From assembly GCF_009914755.1 (NCBI RefSeq), contig NC_060926.1: a stretch of DNA of 64,000 bases. One strand, given 5' to 3'. Of this stretch, positions 1 through 13,048 are shown piece after piece. How positions within the stretch are numbered: the stretch's first letter is position 1; the number at the start of each line of letters is the position of its first letter. The stretch comes from the human T2T-CHM13v2.0 reference genome, Homo sapiens. A model generated the notes under the pieces. That model was not told where the DNA came from. It saw only the letters and a list, made by a program, of their open reading frames with translations, and searched no databases. Made by a program: the position numbers and the translations under genes.

Positions 1-94
1 TCAACTAACAGTGTTGAAGCTTTCTTTCGATAGAGCAGTTTTGAAACACTCTTTTCGTAAAATCTGCAAGAGGATATTTTGATAGCTTTGAGGA

Positions 95-111
95 TTTCGT
101 TGGAAACGGGA
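95..111 (+). promoter_or_regulatory. CENP-B box (first of roughly 188, one per dimer)
   Basis: TTTCGTTGGAAACGGGA matches nTTCGnnnnAnnCGGGn. It recurs at 437 and 775 and then every 338-342 bp. The count is estimated from 64000/340. Confidence 0.97.
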
Positions 112-127
112 TTGTCTTCATATAAAA

Positions 128-1145
128 TCTAGACAGAAGCATTCTCAGAAGCTTCATTGGGATGTTTCAATTGAAGTCACAGTGTTGAACAGTCCCTTTC
201 ATAGAGCAGGTTTGAAACACTCTTTTTGTAGTATCTGGAAGTGGACATTTGGAGAGATCTCAGGAATACGGTGATAAAGGAAATATCTTCCAATAAAAGC
301 TAGATAGAAGCAATGTCAGAAACTTTTTCATGATGTATCTACTCAGCTAACAGAGTTGAACCTTTCTTTTGAGAGAGCAGTTTTGAAACACTCTTTTTGT
401 GGAATCTGCAAGTGGATATTTGTCTAGCTTTGAGGATTTCGTTGGAAACGGGATTACATATAAAAAGCAGACAGCAGCATTCCCAGTAACTTCTTTGTGA
501 GGTTTGCATTCAAGTGACAGAGTTGAACATTCCCTTTCATAGAGCAGGTTTGAAACACTCTTTTTGTAGTATCTGGATGTGGACATTTGGAGCGCTTTCA
601 GGCCTATGGTGAAAAAGGAAATATCTTCCAATAAAAGCTACATAGAAGCAATGTCAGAAACTTTTTCATGATGTATCTACTCAGCTAACAGAGTTGAACC
701 TTTCTTTTGAGAGAGCAGTTTTGAAACACTCTTTTTGTGGAATCTGGAAGTGGATATTTGTCTAGCTTTGAGGATTTCGTTGGAAACGGGATTACATATA
801 AAAAGCAGACAGCAGCATTCCCAGTAACTTCTTTGTGACGTTTGCATTCAAGTCACAGAGTTGAACATTCCCTTTCATAGAGCAGGTTTGAAACACTCTT
901 TTTGTAGTATCTGGATGTGGACATTTGGAGCGCTTTCAGGCCTATGGTGAAAAAGGAAATATCTTCCCCTGAAAACTAGACAGAAGAATTCTCAGAATCT
1001 TAATTGTGATGTGCGCCATCAACTAACAGTGTTGAAGCTTTCTTTTGATAGAGCAGTTTTGAAACACTCTTTTTGTAAAATCTGCAAGAGGATATTTGGA
1101 TAGCTTTGAGGATTTCGTTGGAAACGGGATTGTCTTCATATAAAC
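128..1145 (+). repeat. 6-mer HOR structural variant (1018 bp)
   Basis: XbaI sites at 128 and 1146; 342+338+338. Contains a D/B hybrid monomer (~477-650) followed by a second C monomer. Confidence 0.85.
604..620 (+). promoter_or_regulatory. pJalpha / A-box at the homologous position in the non-CENP-B monomers (representative copy)
   Basis: CTATGGTGAAAAAGGAA lies one monomer downstream of the box at 437, at the position equivalent to the CENP-B box, and matches the A-type monomer motif. Confidence 0.8.
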
Positions 1146-1825
1146 TCTAGACAGAAGCATTCTCAGAAGCGTCATTGGGATGTTTCAATTGAAGTCACAG
1201 TGTTGAACATTCCCTTTCATAGAGCAGGTTTGAAACACTCTTTTTGTAGTATCTGGATGTGGACATTTGGAGCGCTTTCAGGCCTATGGTTTAAAAGGAA
1301 ATATCTTCCCCTGAAAACTAGACAGAAGCATTCTCAGAAACTTATTTGTGATGTGCGCCCTCAACTAACAGTGTTGAAGCATTCTTTTGATAGAGCAGTT
1401 TTGAAACACTCTTTTTGTGGAATCTGCAAGTGGATATTTGTCTAGCTTTGAGGATTTCGTTGGAAACGGGATTACATATAAAAAGCAGACAGCAGCATTC
1501 CCAGTAACTTCTTTGTGATGTTTGCATTCAAGTCAGAGAGTTGAACATTCCCTTTCATAGAGCAGGTTTGAAACACTCTTTTTGAAGTATCTGGTTGTGG
1601 ACATTTGGAGCGCTTTCTGGCCTATGGTGAAAAAGGAAATATCTTCCCCTGAAAACTAGACAGAAGCATTCTCAGAAACTTATTTGTGATGTGCGCCCTC
1701 AACTAACAGTGTTGAACCTTTCTTTTGATAGAGCAGTTTTGAAACACTCTTTTTGTAATATCTGCAAGAGGATATTTGGATAGCTTTGAGGATTTCGTTG
1801 GAAACGGGATTGTCTTCATATAAAC

Positions 1826-2505
1826 TCTAGACAGAAGCATTCTCAGAAGCTTCATTGGGATGTTTCAATTGAAGTCACAGTGTTGAACAGTCCCTTTCAT
1901 AGAGCAGGTTTGAAACACTCTTTTTGTAGTATCTGGAAGTGGACATTTGGAGCGCTCTCAGGACTACGATGATAAAGGAAATATCTTCCAATAAAAGCTA
2001 GATAGAAGCAATGTCAGAAACTTTTTCATGATGTATCTACTCAGCTAACAGAGTTGAACCTTTCTTTTGAGAGAGCAGTTTTGAAACACTCTTTTTGTGG
2101 AATCTGCAAGTGGATATTTGTCTAGCTTTGAGGATTTCGTTGGAAACGGGATTACATATAAAAAGCAGACAGCAGCATTCCCAGAATCTTCTTTGTGATG
2201 TTTGCATTCAAGTCACCGAGTTGAACATTCCCTTTCATAGAGCAGGTTTGAAACACTCTTTTTGTAGTATCTGGATGTGGACATTTGGAGCGCTTTCAGG
2301 CCTATGGTGAAAAAGGAAATATCTTCCCCTGAAAACTAGACAGAAGCATTCTCAGAATCTTATTTGTGATGTGCGCCCTCAACTAACAGTGTTGAAGCTT
2401 TCTTTTGATAGAGCAGTTTTGAAACACTCTTTTTGTAAAATCTGCAAGAGGATATTTGGATAGCTTTGAGGATTTCGTTGGAAACGGGATTGTCTTCATA
2501 TAAAC
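1826..2505 (+). repeat. Representative canonical 680-bp 4-mer HOR (XbaI to XbaI); SF2 dimeric family, probably chromosome 2 D2Z1 / S2C2H1L
   Basis: Seen: TCTAGA at 1826 and 2506. Four monomer types: A (ttatttgtgatgtgcgccc, box, ttgtcttcat), B (cttcattgggatg...ccaataaaagc), C (gcaatgtcag...box, ttacatat; 4 bp shorter) and D (cattcccag...cccctgaaaac). Recalled: D2Z1 is the SF2 array described with a 680-bp XbaI 4-mer. Not verified by alignment; other SF2 arrays (chr 9, 18, 20) are not formally excluded. Confidence 0.75.
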
Positions 2506-5500
2506 TCTAGACAGAAGCATTCTCAGAAGCTTCATTGGGATGTTTCAATTGAAGTCACAGTGTTGAACAGTCCCTTTCATAGAGCAGGTTTGAAACACTC
2601 TTTTTGTAGTATCTGGAAGTGGACATTTGGAGCGCTCTCAGGACTGCGGTGAAAAAGGAAATATCTTCCAATAAAAGCTAGATAGAAGCAATGTCAGAAA
2701 CTTTTTCATGATGTATCTACTCAGCTAACAGAGTTGAACCTTCATTTGAGAGAGCAGTTTTGAAACACTCGTTTTGTGGAATCTGCAAGTGGATATTTGT
2801 CTAGCTTTGAGGATTTCGTTGGAAACGGGATTACATATAAAAAGCAGACAGCAGCATTCCCAGAAACTTCTTTGTGATGTTTGCATTCAAGTCAGAGAGT
2901 TGAACATTCCCTTTCATAGAGCAGGTTTGAAACACTCTTTTTGTAGTATCTGGATGTGTACATTTGCAGCGCTTTCAGGCCTAAGGTGAAAAAGGAAATA
3001 TCTTCCCCTGAAAACTAGACAGAAGCATTCTCAGAAACTTATTTGTGATGTGCGCCCTCAACTAACAGTGTTCAAGCTTTCTTTTGATAGAGCAGTTTTG
3101 AAACACTCTTTTTGTAATATCTGCAAGAGGATATTTGGATAGCTTTGAGGATTTCGTTGGAAACGGGTTTGTCTTCATATAAACTCTAGACAGAAGCATT
3201 CTCAGAAGCTTCATTGGGATGTTTCAATTGAAGTCACAGTGTTGAACAGTTCCTTTCATAGAACAGGTTTGAAACACTCTTTTTGTAGTATCTGGAAGTG
3301 GACATTTGGAGCGCTCTCAGGACTATGGTGAAAAAGGAAATATCTTCCAATAAAAGCTACATAGAAGCAATGTCAGAAACTTTTTCATGATGTATCTACT
3401 CAGCTAACAGAGTTGAACCTTTCCTTTGAGAGAGCAGTTTTGAAACACTCTTTTTGTGGAATCTGCAAGTGGATATTTGTCTAGCTTGGAGGATTTCGTT
3501 GGAAACGGGATTACATATAAAAAGCAGACAGCAGCATTCCCAGTAACTTCTTTGTGATGTTTGCATTCAAGTCACAGAGTTGAATATTCCCTTTCATAGA
3601 GCAGGTTTGAAACACTCTTTTTGTAGTATCTGGATGTGGACATTTGGAGCGCTTTCAGGCCTATGGTGAAAAAGGAAATATCTTCCCCTGAAAACTAGAC
3701 AGAAGCATTCTCAGAAACTTATTTGTGATGTGCGCCCTCAACTAACAGTGTTGAACCTTTCTTTTGATAGAGCAGTTTTGAAACACTCTTTTTGTAATAT
3801 CTGCAAGAGGATATTTGGATAGCTTTGAGGATTTCGTTGGAAACGGGATTACATATAAAAAGCAGACAGCAGCATTCCCAGAAACTTCTTTGTGATGTTT
3901 GCATTCAAGTCACAGAGTTGAACATTCCCTTTCATAGAGCAGGTTTGAAACACTCTTTTTGTAGTATCTGGATGTGGACATTTGCAGCGCTTTCAGGCCT
4001 AAGGTGAAAAAGGAAATATCTTCCCCTGAAAACTAGACAGAAGCATTCTCAGAAACTTATTTGTGATGTGCGCCCTCAACTAACAGTGTTGAACCTTTCT
4101 TTTGATAGAGCAGTTTTGAAACACTCTTTTTGTAATATCTGCAAGAGGATATTTGGATAGCTTTGAGGATTTCGTTGGAAACGGGATTGTCTTCATATAA
4201 ACTCTAGACAGAAGCATTCTCAGAAGCTTCATTGGGATGTTTCAATTGAAGTCACAGTGTTGAACAGTCCCTTTCATAGAGCAGGTTTGAAACACTCTTT
4301 TTGTAGTATCTGGATGTGGACATTTGGAGCGCTTTCAGGCCTATGGTTTAAAAGGAAATATCTTCCCCTGAAAACTAGACAGAAGCATTCTCAGAAACTT
4401 ATTTGTGATGTGCGCCCTCAACTAACAGTGTTGAAGCATTCTTTTGATAGAGCAGTTTTGAAACACTCTTTTTGTGGAATCTGCAAGTGGATATTTGTCT
4501 AGCTTTGAGGATTTCGTTGGAAACGGGACTAATTATAAAAAGCAGACAGCAGCATTCCCAGAATCTTGTTTGTGATGTTTGCATTCAAGTCACAGAGTTG
4601 AACATTCCCTTTCAGAGAGCAGGTTTGAAACACTCTTTTTATAGTATCTGGATGTGGACATTTGGAGCGCTTTCAGGCCTATGATGAAAAAGGAAATATC
4701 TTCTCCTGAAAACTAGACAGAAGCATTCTCAGAATCTTATTTGTGATGTGCGCCCTCAACTAACAGTGTTGAAGCTTTCTTTTGATAGAGCAGTTTTGAA
4801 ACACTCTTTTCGTAAAATCTGCAAGAGGATATTTGGATAGCTTTGAGGATTTCGTTGGAAACGGGATTGTCTTCATATAAACTCTAGACAGAAGCATTCT
4901 CAGAAGCTTCATTGGGATGTTTCAATTGAAGTCACAGTGTTGAACAGTCCCTTTCATAGAGCAGGTTTGAAACACTCTTTTTGTAGTATCTGGAAGTGGA
5001 CATTTGGAGCGCTCTCAGGACTGCGATGAAAAAGGAACTATCTTCCAATAAAAGATAGATAGAAGCAATGTCAGAAACTTTTTCATGATGTATCTACTCA
5101 GCTAACAGAGTTGAACCTTCCTTTGAGAGAGCAGTTTTGAAACACTCTTTTTGTGGAATCTGCAAGTGGATATTTGTCTAGCTTTGAGGATTTCGTTGGA
5201 AACGGGATTACATTTAAAAAGCAGACAGCAGCATTCCCAGAAACTTCTTTGTGATGTTTGCATTCAAGTCACAGAGTTGAACATTCCCTTTCATAGAGCA
5301 GGTTTGAAACACTCTTTTTGTAGTATCTGGATGTGGACATTTGGAGCGCTTTCAGGCCTAAGGTGAAAAAGGAAATATCTTCCCCTGAAAACTAGACAGA
5401 AGCATTCTCAGAAACTTATTTGTGATGTGCGCGCTCAACTAACAGTGTTGAAGCTTTCTTTTGATAGAGCAGTTTTGAAACACTCTTTTTGTAATATCTG

Positions 5501-5870
5501 CAAGAGGATATTTGGATAGCTTTGAGGATTTCGTTGGAAACGGGATTGTCTTCATATAAACTCTAGACAGAAGCATTCTCAGAAGCTTCATTGGGATGTT
5601 TCAATTGAAGTCACAGTGTTGAACAGTTCCTTTCATAGAACAGGTTTGAAACACTCTTTTTGTAGTATCTGGAAGTGGACATTTGGAGCGCTCTCAGGAC
5701 TAGGGTGAAAAAGGAAATATCTTCCAATAAAAGCTAGATAGAAGCAATGTCAGAAACTTTTTCATGATGTATCTACTCAGCTAACAGAGTTGAACCTTTC
5801 TTTTGAGAGAGCAGTTTTGAAACACTCTTTTTGTGGAATCTGCAAGTGGATATTAGTCTAGCTTTGAGGA

Positions 5871-5887
5871 TTTCGTTGGAAACCCGA
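5871..5887 (+). promoter_or_regulatory. Disrupted CENP-B box (CGGG to CCCG)
   Basis: TTTCGTTGGAAACCCGA; two adjacent essential G bases are changed. Confidence 0.9.
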
Positions 5888-6590
5888 TTACATATAAAAA
5901 GCAGACAGCAGCATTCCCAGTAACTTCTTTGTGATGTTTGCATTCAAGTCACAGAGTTGAACATTCCCTTTCATAGAGCAGGTTTGAAACACTTTTTTTG
6001 TAGTATCTGGATGTGGATATTTGGAGCGCTTTCAGGCCTATGGTGAAAAAGGAAATATCTTCCAATAAAAGCTACATAGAAGCAATGTCAGAAACTTTTT
6101 CATGATGTATCTACTCAGCTAACAGAGTTGAACCTTTCTTTTGAGAGAGCAGTTTTGAAACACTCTTTTTGTGTAATCTGAAAGTGGATATTTGTCTAGC
6201 TTTGAGGATTTCGTTGGAAACGGGATTACATATAAAAAGCAGACAGCAGCATTCCCAGAAACTTCTTTGTGATGTTTGCATTCAAGTCACAGAGTTGAAC
6301 ATTCCCTTTCATAGAGCAGGTTTGAAACACTCTTTTTGTAGTATCTGGATGTGGACATTTGCAGCGCTTTCAGGCCTAAGGTGAAAAAGGAAATATCTTC
6401 CCCTGAAAACTAGACAGAAGCATTCTCAGAAACTTATTTGTGATGTGCGCCCTCAACTAACAGTGTTGAACCTTTCTTTTGATAGAGCAGTTTTGAAACA
6501 CTCTTTTTGTAATATCTGCAAGAGGATATTTGGATAGCTTTGAGGATTTCGTTGGAAACGGGATTGTCTTCATATAAACTCTAGACAGAA

Positions 6591-9310
6591 GCATTCTCAG
6601 AAGCTTCATTGGGATGTTTCAATTGAAGTCACAGTGTTGAACAGTCCCTTTCATAGAGCAGGTTTGAAACACTCTTTTTGTAGTATCTGGATGTGGACAT
6701 TTGGAGCGCTTTCAGGCCTATGGTTTAACAGGAAATATCTTCCCCTGAAAACTAGACAGAAGCATTCTCAGAAACTTATTTGTGATGTGCGCCCTCAACT
6801 AACAGTGTTGATGCATTCTTTTGATAGAGCAGTTTTGAAACACTCTTTTTGTGGAATCTGCAAGTGGATATTTGTCTAGCTTTGAGGATTTCGTTGGAAA
6901 CGGGATTAATTATAAAAAGCAGACAGCAGCATTCCCAGAATCTTGTTTGTGATGTTCGCATTCAAGTCACAGAGTTGAACATTCCCTTTCAGAGAGCAGG
7001 TTTGAAACACTCTTTTTATAGTATCTGGATGTGGACATTTGGAGCGCTTTCAGGCCTATGATGAAAAAGGAAATATCTTCTCCTGAAAACTAGACAGAAG
7101 CATTCTCAGAATCTTATTTGTGATGTGCGCCCTCAACTAACAGTGTTGAAGCTTTCTTTTGATAGAGCAGTTTTGAAACACTCTTTTCGTAAAATCTGCA
7201 AGAGGATATTTGGATAGCTTTGAGGATTTCGTTGGAAACGGGATTGTCTTCATATAAACTCTAGACAGAAGCATTCTCAGAAGCTTCATTGGGATGTTTC
7301 AATTGAAGTCACAGTGTTGAACAGTCCCTTTCATAGAGCAGGTTTGAAACACTCTTTTTGTAGTATCTGCAAGTGGACATTTGGAGAGATCTCAGGAATA
7401 CGGTGATAAAGGAAATATCTTCCAATAAAAGCTAGATAGAAGCAATGTCAGAAACTTTTTCATGATGTATCTACTCAGCTAACAGAGTTGAACCTTTCTT
7501 TTGAGAGAGCAGTTTTGAAACACTCTTTTTGTGGAATCTGCAAGTGGATATTTGTCTAGCTTTGAGGATTTCGTTGGAAACGGGATTACATATAAAAAGC
7601 AGACAGCAGCATTCCCAGTAACTTCTTTGTGATGTTTGCATTCAAGTCACAGAGTTGAACATTCCCTTTCATAGAGCAGGTTTGAAACACTTTTTTTGTA
7701 GTATCTGGATGTGGACATTTGGAGCGCTTTCAGGCCTATGGTGAAAAAGGAAATATCTTCCAATAAAAGCTACATAGAAGCAATGTCAGAAACTTTTTCA
7801 TGATGTATCTACTCAGCTAACAGAGTTGAACCTTTCTTTTGAGAGAGCAGTTTTGAAACACTCTTTTTGTAAAATCTGCAAGAGGATATTTGGATAGCTT
7901 TGAGGATTTCGTTGGAAACGGGATTGTCTTCATATAAACTCTAGACAGAAGCATTCTCAGAAGCTTCATTGGGATGTTTCAATTGAAGTCACAGTGTTGA
8001 ACAGTCCCTTTCATAGAGCAGGTTTGAAACACTCTTTTTGTAGTATCTGGATGTGGACATTTGGAGCGCTTTCAGGCCTATGGTTTAAAAGGAAATATCT
8101 TCCCCTGAAAACTAGACAGAAGCATTCTCAGAAACTTATTTGTGATGTGCGCCCTCAACTAACAGTGTTGAAGCATTCTTTTGATAGAGCAGTTTTGAAA
8201 CACTCTTTTTGTGGAATCTGCAAGTGGATATTTGTCTAGCTTTGAGGATTTCGTTGGAAACGGGATTAATTATAAAAAGCAGACAGCAGCATTCCCAGAA
8301 TCTTGTTTGTGATGTTTGCATTCAAGTCACAGAGTTGAACATTCCCTTTCAGAGAGCAGGTTTGAAACACTCTTTTTATAGTATCTGGATGTGGACATTT
8401 GGAGCGCTTTCAGGCCTATGATGAAAAAGGAAATATCTTCTCCTGAAAACTAGACAGAAGCATTCTCAGAATCTTATTTGTGATGTGCGCCCTCAACTAA
8501 CAGTGTTGAAGCTTTCTTTTGATAGAGCAGTTTTGAAACACTCTTTTCGTAAAATCTGCAAGAGGATATTTGGATAGCTTTGAGGATTTCGTTGGAAACG
8601 GGATTGTCTTCATATAAACTCTAGACAGAAGCATTCTCAGAAGCTTCATTGGGATGTTTCAATTGAAGTCACAGTGTTGAACAGTCCCTTTCATAGAGCA
8701 GGTTTGAAACACTCTTTTTGTAGTATCTGGAATTGGACATTTGGAGAGATCTCAGGAATACGGTGATAAAGGTAATATCTTCCAATAAAAGCTAGATAGA
8801 AGCAATGTCAGAAACTTTTTCATGATGTATCTACTCAGCTAACAGAGTTGAACCTTTCTTTTGAGAGAGCAGTTTTGAAACACTCTTTTTGTGGAATCTG
8901 CAAGTGGATATTTGTCTAGCTTTGAGGATTTCGTTGGAAACGGGATTACATATAAAAAGCAGACAGCAGCATTCCCAGTAACTTCTTTGTGATGTTTGCA
9001 TTCAAGTCACAGAGTTGAACATTCCCTTTCATAGAGCAGGTTTGAAACACTTTTTTTGTAGTATCTGGATGTGGACATTTGGAGCGCTTTCAGGCCTATG
9101 GTGAAAAAGGAAATATCTTCCAATAAAAGCTACATAGAAGCAATGTCAGAAACTTTTTCATGATGTATCTACTCAGCTAACAGAGTTGAACCTTTCTTTT
9201 GAGAGAGCAGTTTTGAAACACTCTTTTTGTAAAATCTGCAAGAGGATATTTGGATAGCTTTCAGGATTTCGTTGGAAACGGGATTGTCTTCATATAAACT
9301 CTAGACAGAA
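6591..9310 (+). repeat. Two tandem copies of a 1360-bp 8-mer variant unit
   Basis: Units 6591-7950 and 7951-9310 have the order B/D, A/C, D, A, B, C, D/B, C/A; ORF spacing 6634-7994-9354. Confidence 0.88.
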
Positions 9311-12300
9311 GCATTCTCAGAAGCGTCATTGGGATGTTTCAATTGAAGTCACAGTGTTGAACAGTCCCTTTCATAGAGCAGGTTTGAAACACTCTTTTTG
9401 TAGTATCTGGATGTGGACATTTGGAGCGCTTTCAGGCCTATGGTTTAAAAGGAAATATCTTCCCCTGAAAACTAGACAGAAGCATTCTCAGAAACTTATT
9501 TGTGATGTGCGCCCTCAACTAACAGTGTTGAACCTTTCTTTTGATAGAGCAGTTTTGAAACACTCTTTTTGTAATATCTGCAAGAGGATATTTGGATAGC
9601 TTTGAGGATTTCGTTGGAAACGGGATTACATATAAAAAGCAGACAGCAGCATTCCCAGAAACTTCTTTGTGATGTTTGCATTCAAGTCACAGAGTTGAAC
9701 ATTCCCTTTCATAGAGCAGGTTTGAAACACACTTTTTGTAGTATCTGGATGTGGACATTTGCAGCGCTTTCAGGCCTAAGGTGAAAAAGGAAATATCTTC
9801 CCCTGAAAACTAGACAGAAGCATTCTCAGAAACTTATTTGTGATGTGCGCCCTCAACTAACAGTGTTGAACCTTTCTTTTGATAGAGCAGTTTTGAAACA
9901 CTCTTTTTGTAATATCTGCAAGAGGATATTTGGATAGCTTTGAGGATTTCGTTGGAAACGGGATTGTCTTCATATAAACTCTAGACAGAAGCATTCTCAG
10001 AAGCTTCATTTGGATGTTTCAATTGAAGTCACAGTGTTGAACAGTCCCTTTCATAGAGCAGGTTTGAAACACTCTTTTTGTAGTATCTGGATGTGGACAT
10101 TTGGAGCGCTTTCAGGCCTATGGTTTAAAAGGAAATATCTTCCCCTGAAAACTAGACAGAAGCATTCTCAGAAACTTATTTGTGATGTGCGCCCTCAACT
10201 AACAGTGTTGAAGCATTCTTTTGATAGAGCAGTTTTGAAACACTCTTTTTGTGGAATCTGCAAGTGGATATTTGTCTGGCTTTGAGGATTTCGTTGGAAA
10301 CGGGATTAATTATAAAAAGCAGACAGCAGCATTCCCAGAATCTTGTTTGTGATGTTTGCATTCAAGTCACAGAGTTGAACATTCCCTTTCAGAGAGCAGG
10401 TTTGAAACACTCTTTTTATAGTATCTGGATGTGGACATTTGGAGCGCTTTCAGGCCTATGATGAAAAAGGAAATATCTTCTCCTGAAAACTAGACAGAAG
10501 CATTCTCAGAATCTTATTTGTGATGTGCGCCCTCAACTAACAGTGTTGAAGCTTTCTTTTGATAGAGCAGTTTTGAAACACTCTTTTCGTAAAATCTGCA
10601 AGAGGATATTTGGATAGCTTTGAGGATTTCGTTGGAAACGGGATTGTCTTCATATAAACTCTAGACAGAAGCATTCTCAGAAGCTTCATTGGGATGTTTC
10701 AATTGAAGTCACAGTGTTGAACAGTCCCTTTCATAGAGCAGGTTTGAAACACTCTTTTTGTAGTATCTGGAAGTGGACATTTGGAGAGATCTCAGGAATA
10801 CGGTGATAAAGGTAATATCTTCCAATAAAAGCTAGATAGAAGCAATGTCAGAAACTTTTTCATGATGTATCTACTCAGCTAACAGAGTTGAACCTTTCTT
10901 TTGAGAGAGCAGTTTTGAAACACTCTTTTTGTGGAATCTGCAAGTGGATATTTGTCTAGCTTTGAGGATTTCGTTGGAAACGGGATTACATATAAAAAGC
11001 AGACAGCAGCATTCCCAGTAACTTCTTTGTGATGTTTGCATTCAAGTCAGAGAGTTGAACATTCCCTTTCATAGAGCAGGTTTGAAACACTCTTTTTGAA
11101 GTATCTGGTTGTGGACATTTGGAGCGCTTTCAGGCCTAAGGTGAAAAAGGAAATATCTTCCCCTGAAAACTAGACAGAAGCATTCTCAGAAACTTATTTG
11201 TGATGTGCGCCCTCAACTAACAGTGTTGAACCTTTCTTTTGATAGAGCAGTTTTGAAACACTCTTTTTGTAATATCTGCAAGAGGATATTTGGATAGCTT
11301 TGAGGATTTCGTTGGAAACGGGATTGTCTTCATATAAACTCTAGACAGAAGCATTCTCAGAAGCTTCATTGGGATGTTTCAATTGAAGTCACAGTGTTGA
11401 ACAGTCCCTTTCATAGAGCAGGTTTGAAACACTCTTTTTGTAGTATCTGGAAGTGGACATTTGGAGCGCTCTCAGGACTACGATGATAAAGGAAATATCT
11501 TCCAATAAAAGCTAGATAGAAGCAATGTCAGAAACTTTTTCATGATGTATCTACTCAGCTAACAGAGTTGAACCTTTCTTTTGAGAGAGCAGTTTTGAAA
11601 CACTCTTTTTGTGGAATCTGCAAGTGGATATTTGTCTAGCTTTGAGGATTTCGTTGGAAACGGGATTACATATAAAAAGCAGACAGCACCATTCCCAGAA
11701 TCTTCTTTGTGATGTTTGCATTCAAGTCACAGAGTTGAACATTCCCTTTCATAGAGCAGGTTTGAAACACTCTTTTTGTAGTATCTGGATGTGGACATTT
11801 GGAGCGCTTTCAGGCCTATGGTGAAAAAGGAAATATCTTCCCCTGAAAACTAGACAGAAGCATTCTCAGAATCTTATTTGTGATGTGCGCCCTCAACTAA
11901 CAGTGTTCAAGCTTTCTTTTGATAGAGCAGTTTTGAAACACTCTTTTTGTAATATCTGCAAGAGGATATTTGGATAGCTTTGAGGATTTCGTTGGAAACG
12001 GGTTTGTCTTCATATAAATTCTAGACAGAAGCATTCTCAGAAGCTTCATTGGGATGTTTCAATTGAAGTCACAGTGTTGAACAGTTCCTTTCATAGAACA
12101 GGGGTGAAACACTCTTTTTGTAGTATCTGGAAGTGGACATTTGGAGCGCTCTCAGGACTATGGTGAAAAAGGAAATATCTTCCAATAAAAGCTACATAGA
12201 AGCAATGTCAGAAACTTTTTCATGATGTATCTACTCAGCTAACAGAGTTGAACCTTTCCTTTGAGAGAGCAGTTTTGAAACACTCTTTTTGTGGAATCTG

Positions 12301-13048
12301 CAAGTGGATATTTGTCTAGCTTTGAGGATTTCGTTGGAAACGGGATTACATATAAAAAGCAGACAGCAGCATTCCCAGTAACTTCTTTGTGATGTTTGCA
12401 TTCAAGTCACAGAGTTGAATATTCCCTTTCATAGAGCAGGTTTGAAACACTCTTTTTGTAGTATCTGGATGTGGACATTTGGAGCGCTTTCAGGCCTATG
12501 GTGAAAAAGGAAATATCTTCCCCTGAAAACTAGACAGAAGCATTCTCAGAAACTTATTTGTGATGTGCGCCCTCAACTAACAGTGTTGAACCTTTCTTTT
12601 GATAGAGCAGTTTTGAAACACTCTTTTTGTAATATCTGCAAGAGGATATTTGGATAGCTTTGAGGATTTCGTTGGAAACGGGATTACATATAAAAAGCAG
12701 ACAGCAGCATTCCCAGAAACTTCTTTGTGATGTTTGCATTCAAGTCACAGAGTTGAACATTCCCTTTCATAGAGCAGGTTTGAAACACTCTTTTTGTAGT
12801 ATCTGGATGTGGACATTTGCAGCGCTTTCAGGCCTAAGGTGAAAAAGGAAATATCTTCCCCTGAAAACTAGACAGAAGCATTCTCAGAAACTTATTTGTG
12901 ATGTGCGCCCTCAACTAACAGTGTTGAACCTTTCTTTTGATAGAGCAGTTTTGAAACACTCTTTTTGTAATATCTGCAAGAGGATATTTGGATAGCTTTG
13001 AGGATTTCGTTGGAAACGGGATTGTCTTCATATAAACTCTAGACAGAA

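Larger units (their letters stand above)
1..5005 (+). repeat. Block duplicated at ~26497-31500 (offset 26496)
   Basis: ORFs at 347, 1200, 2095, 2774, 3719, 4257 and 4472 all recur at +26496. Rare variants are shared: EcoRI 986/27482, gaggtttgcattcaagtgac, gaagtatctggttgtg, gtgtacatttgc. Confidence 0.88.

Noticed and set aside
292-297. AATAAA in B-type monomer ends and TATAAA after each CENP-B box as poly(A)/TATA signals
   Set aside because: Constitutive parts of AT-rich monomers repeated about 100 times or more; nothing in the sequence shows use, although alpha satellite can be transcribed.
3152-3168. CGGGT-ending boxes as inactive CENP-B boxes
   Set aside because: The change is at position 17, outside the nine essential bases.
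6905-6915. Short palindromes (ATTAAT, TTATAA, TCAATTGA, TCATGA) as cruciform elements
   Set aside because: Arms of only 3-4 bp are expected by chance in AT-rich DNA; no support for stable structure from sequence alone.
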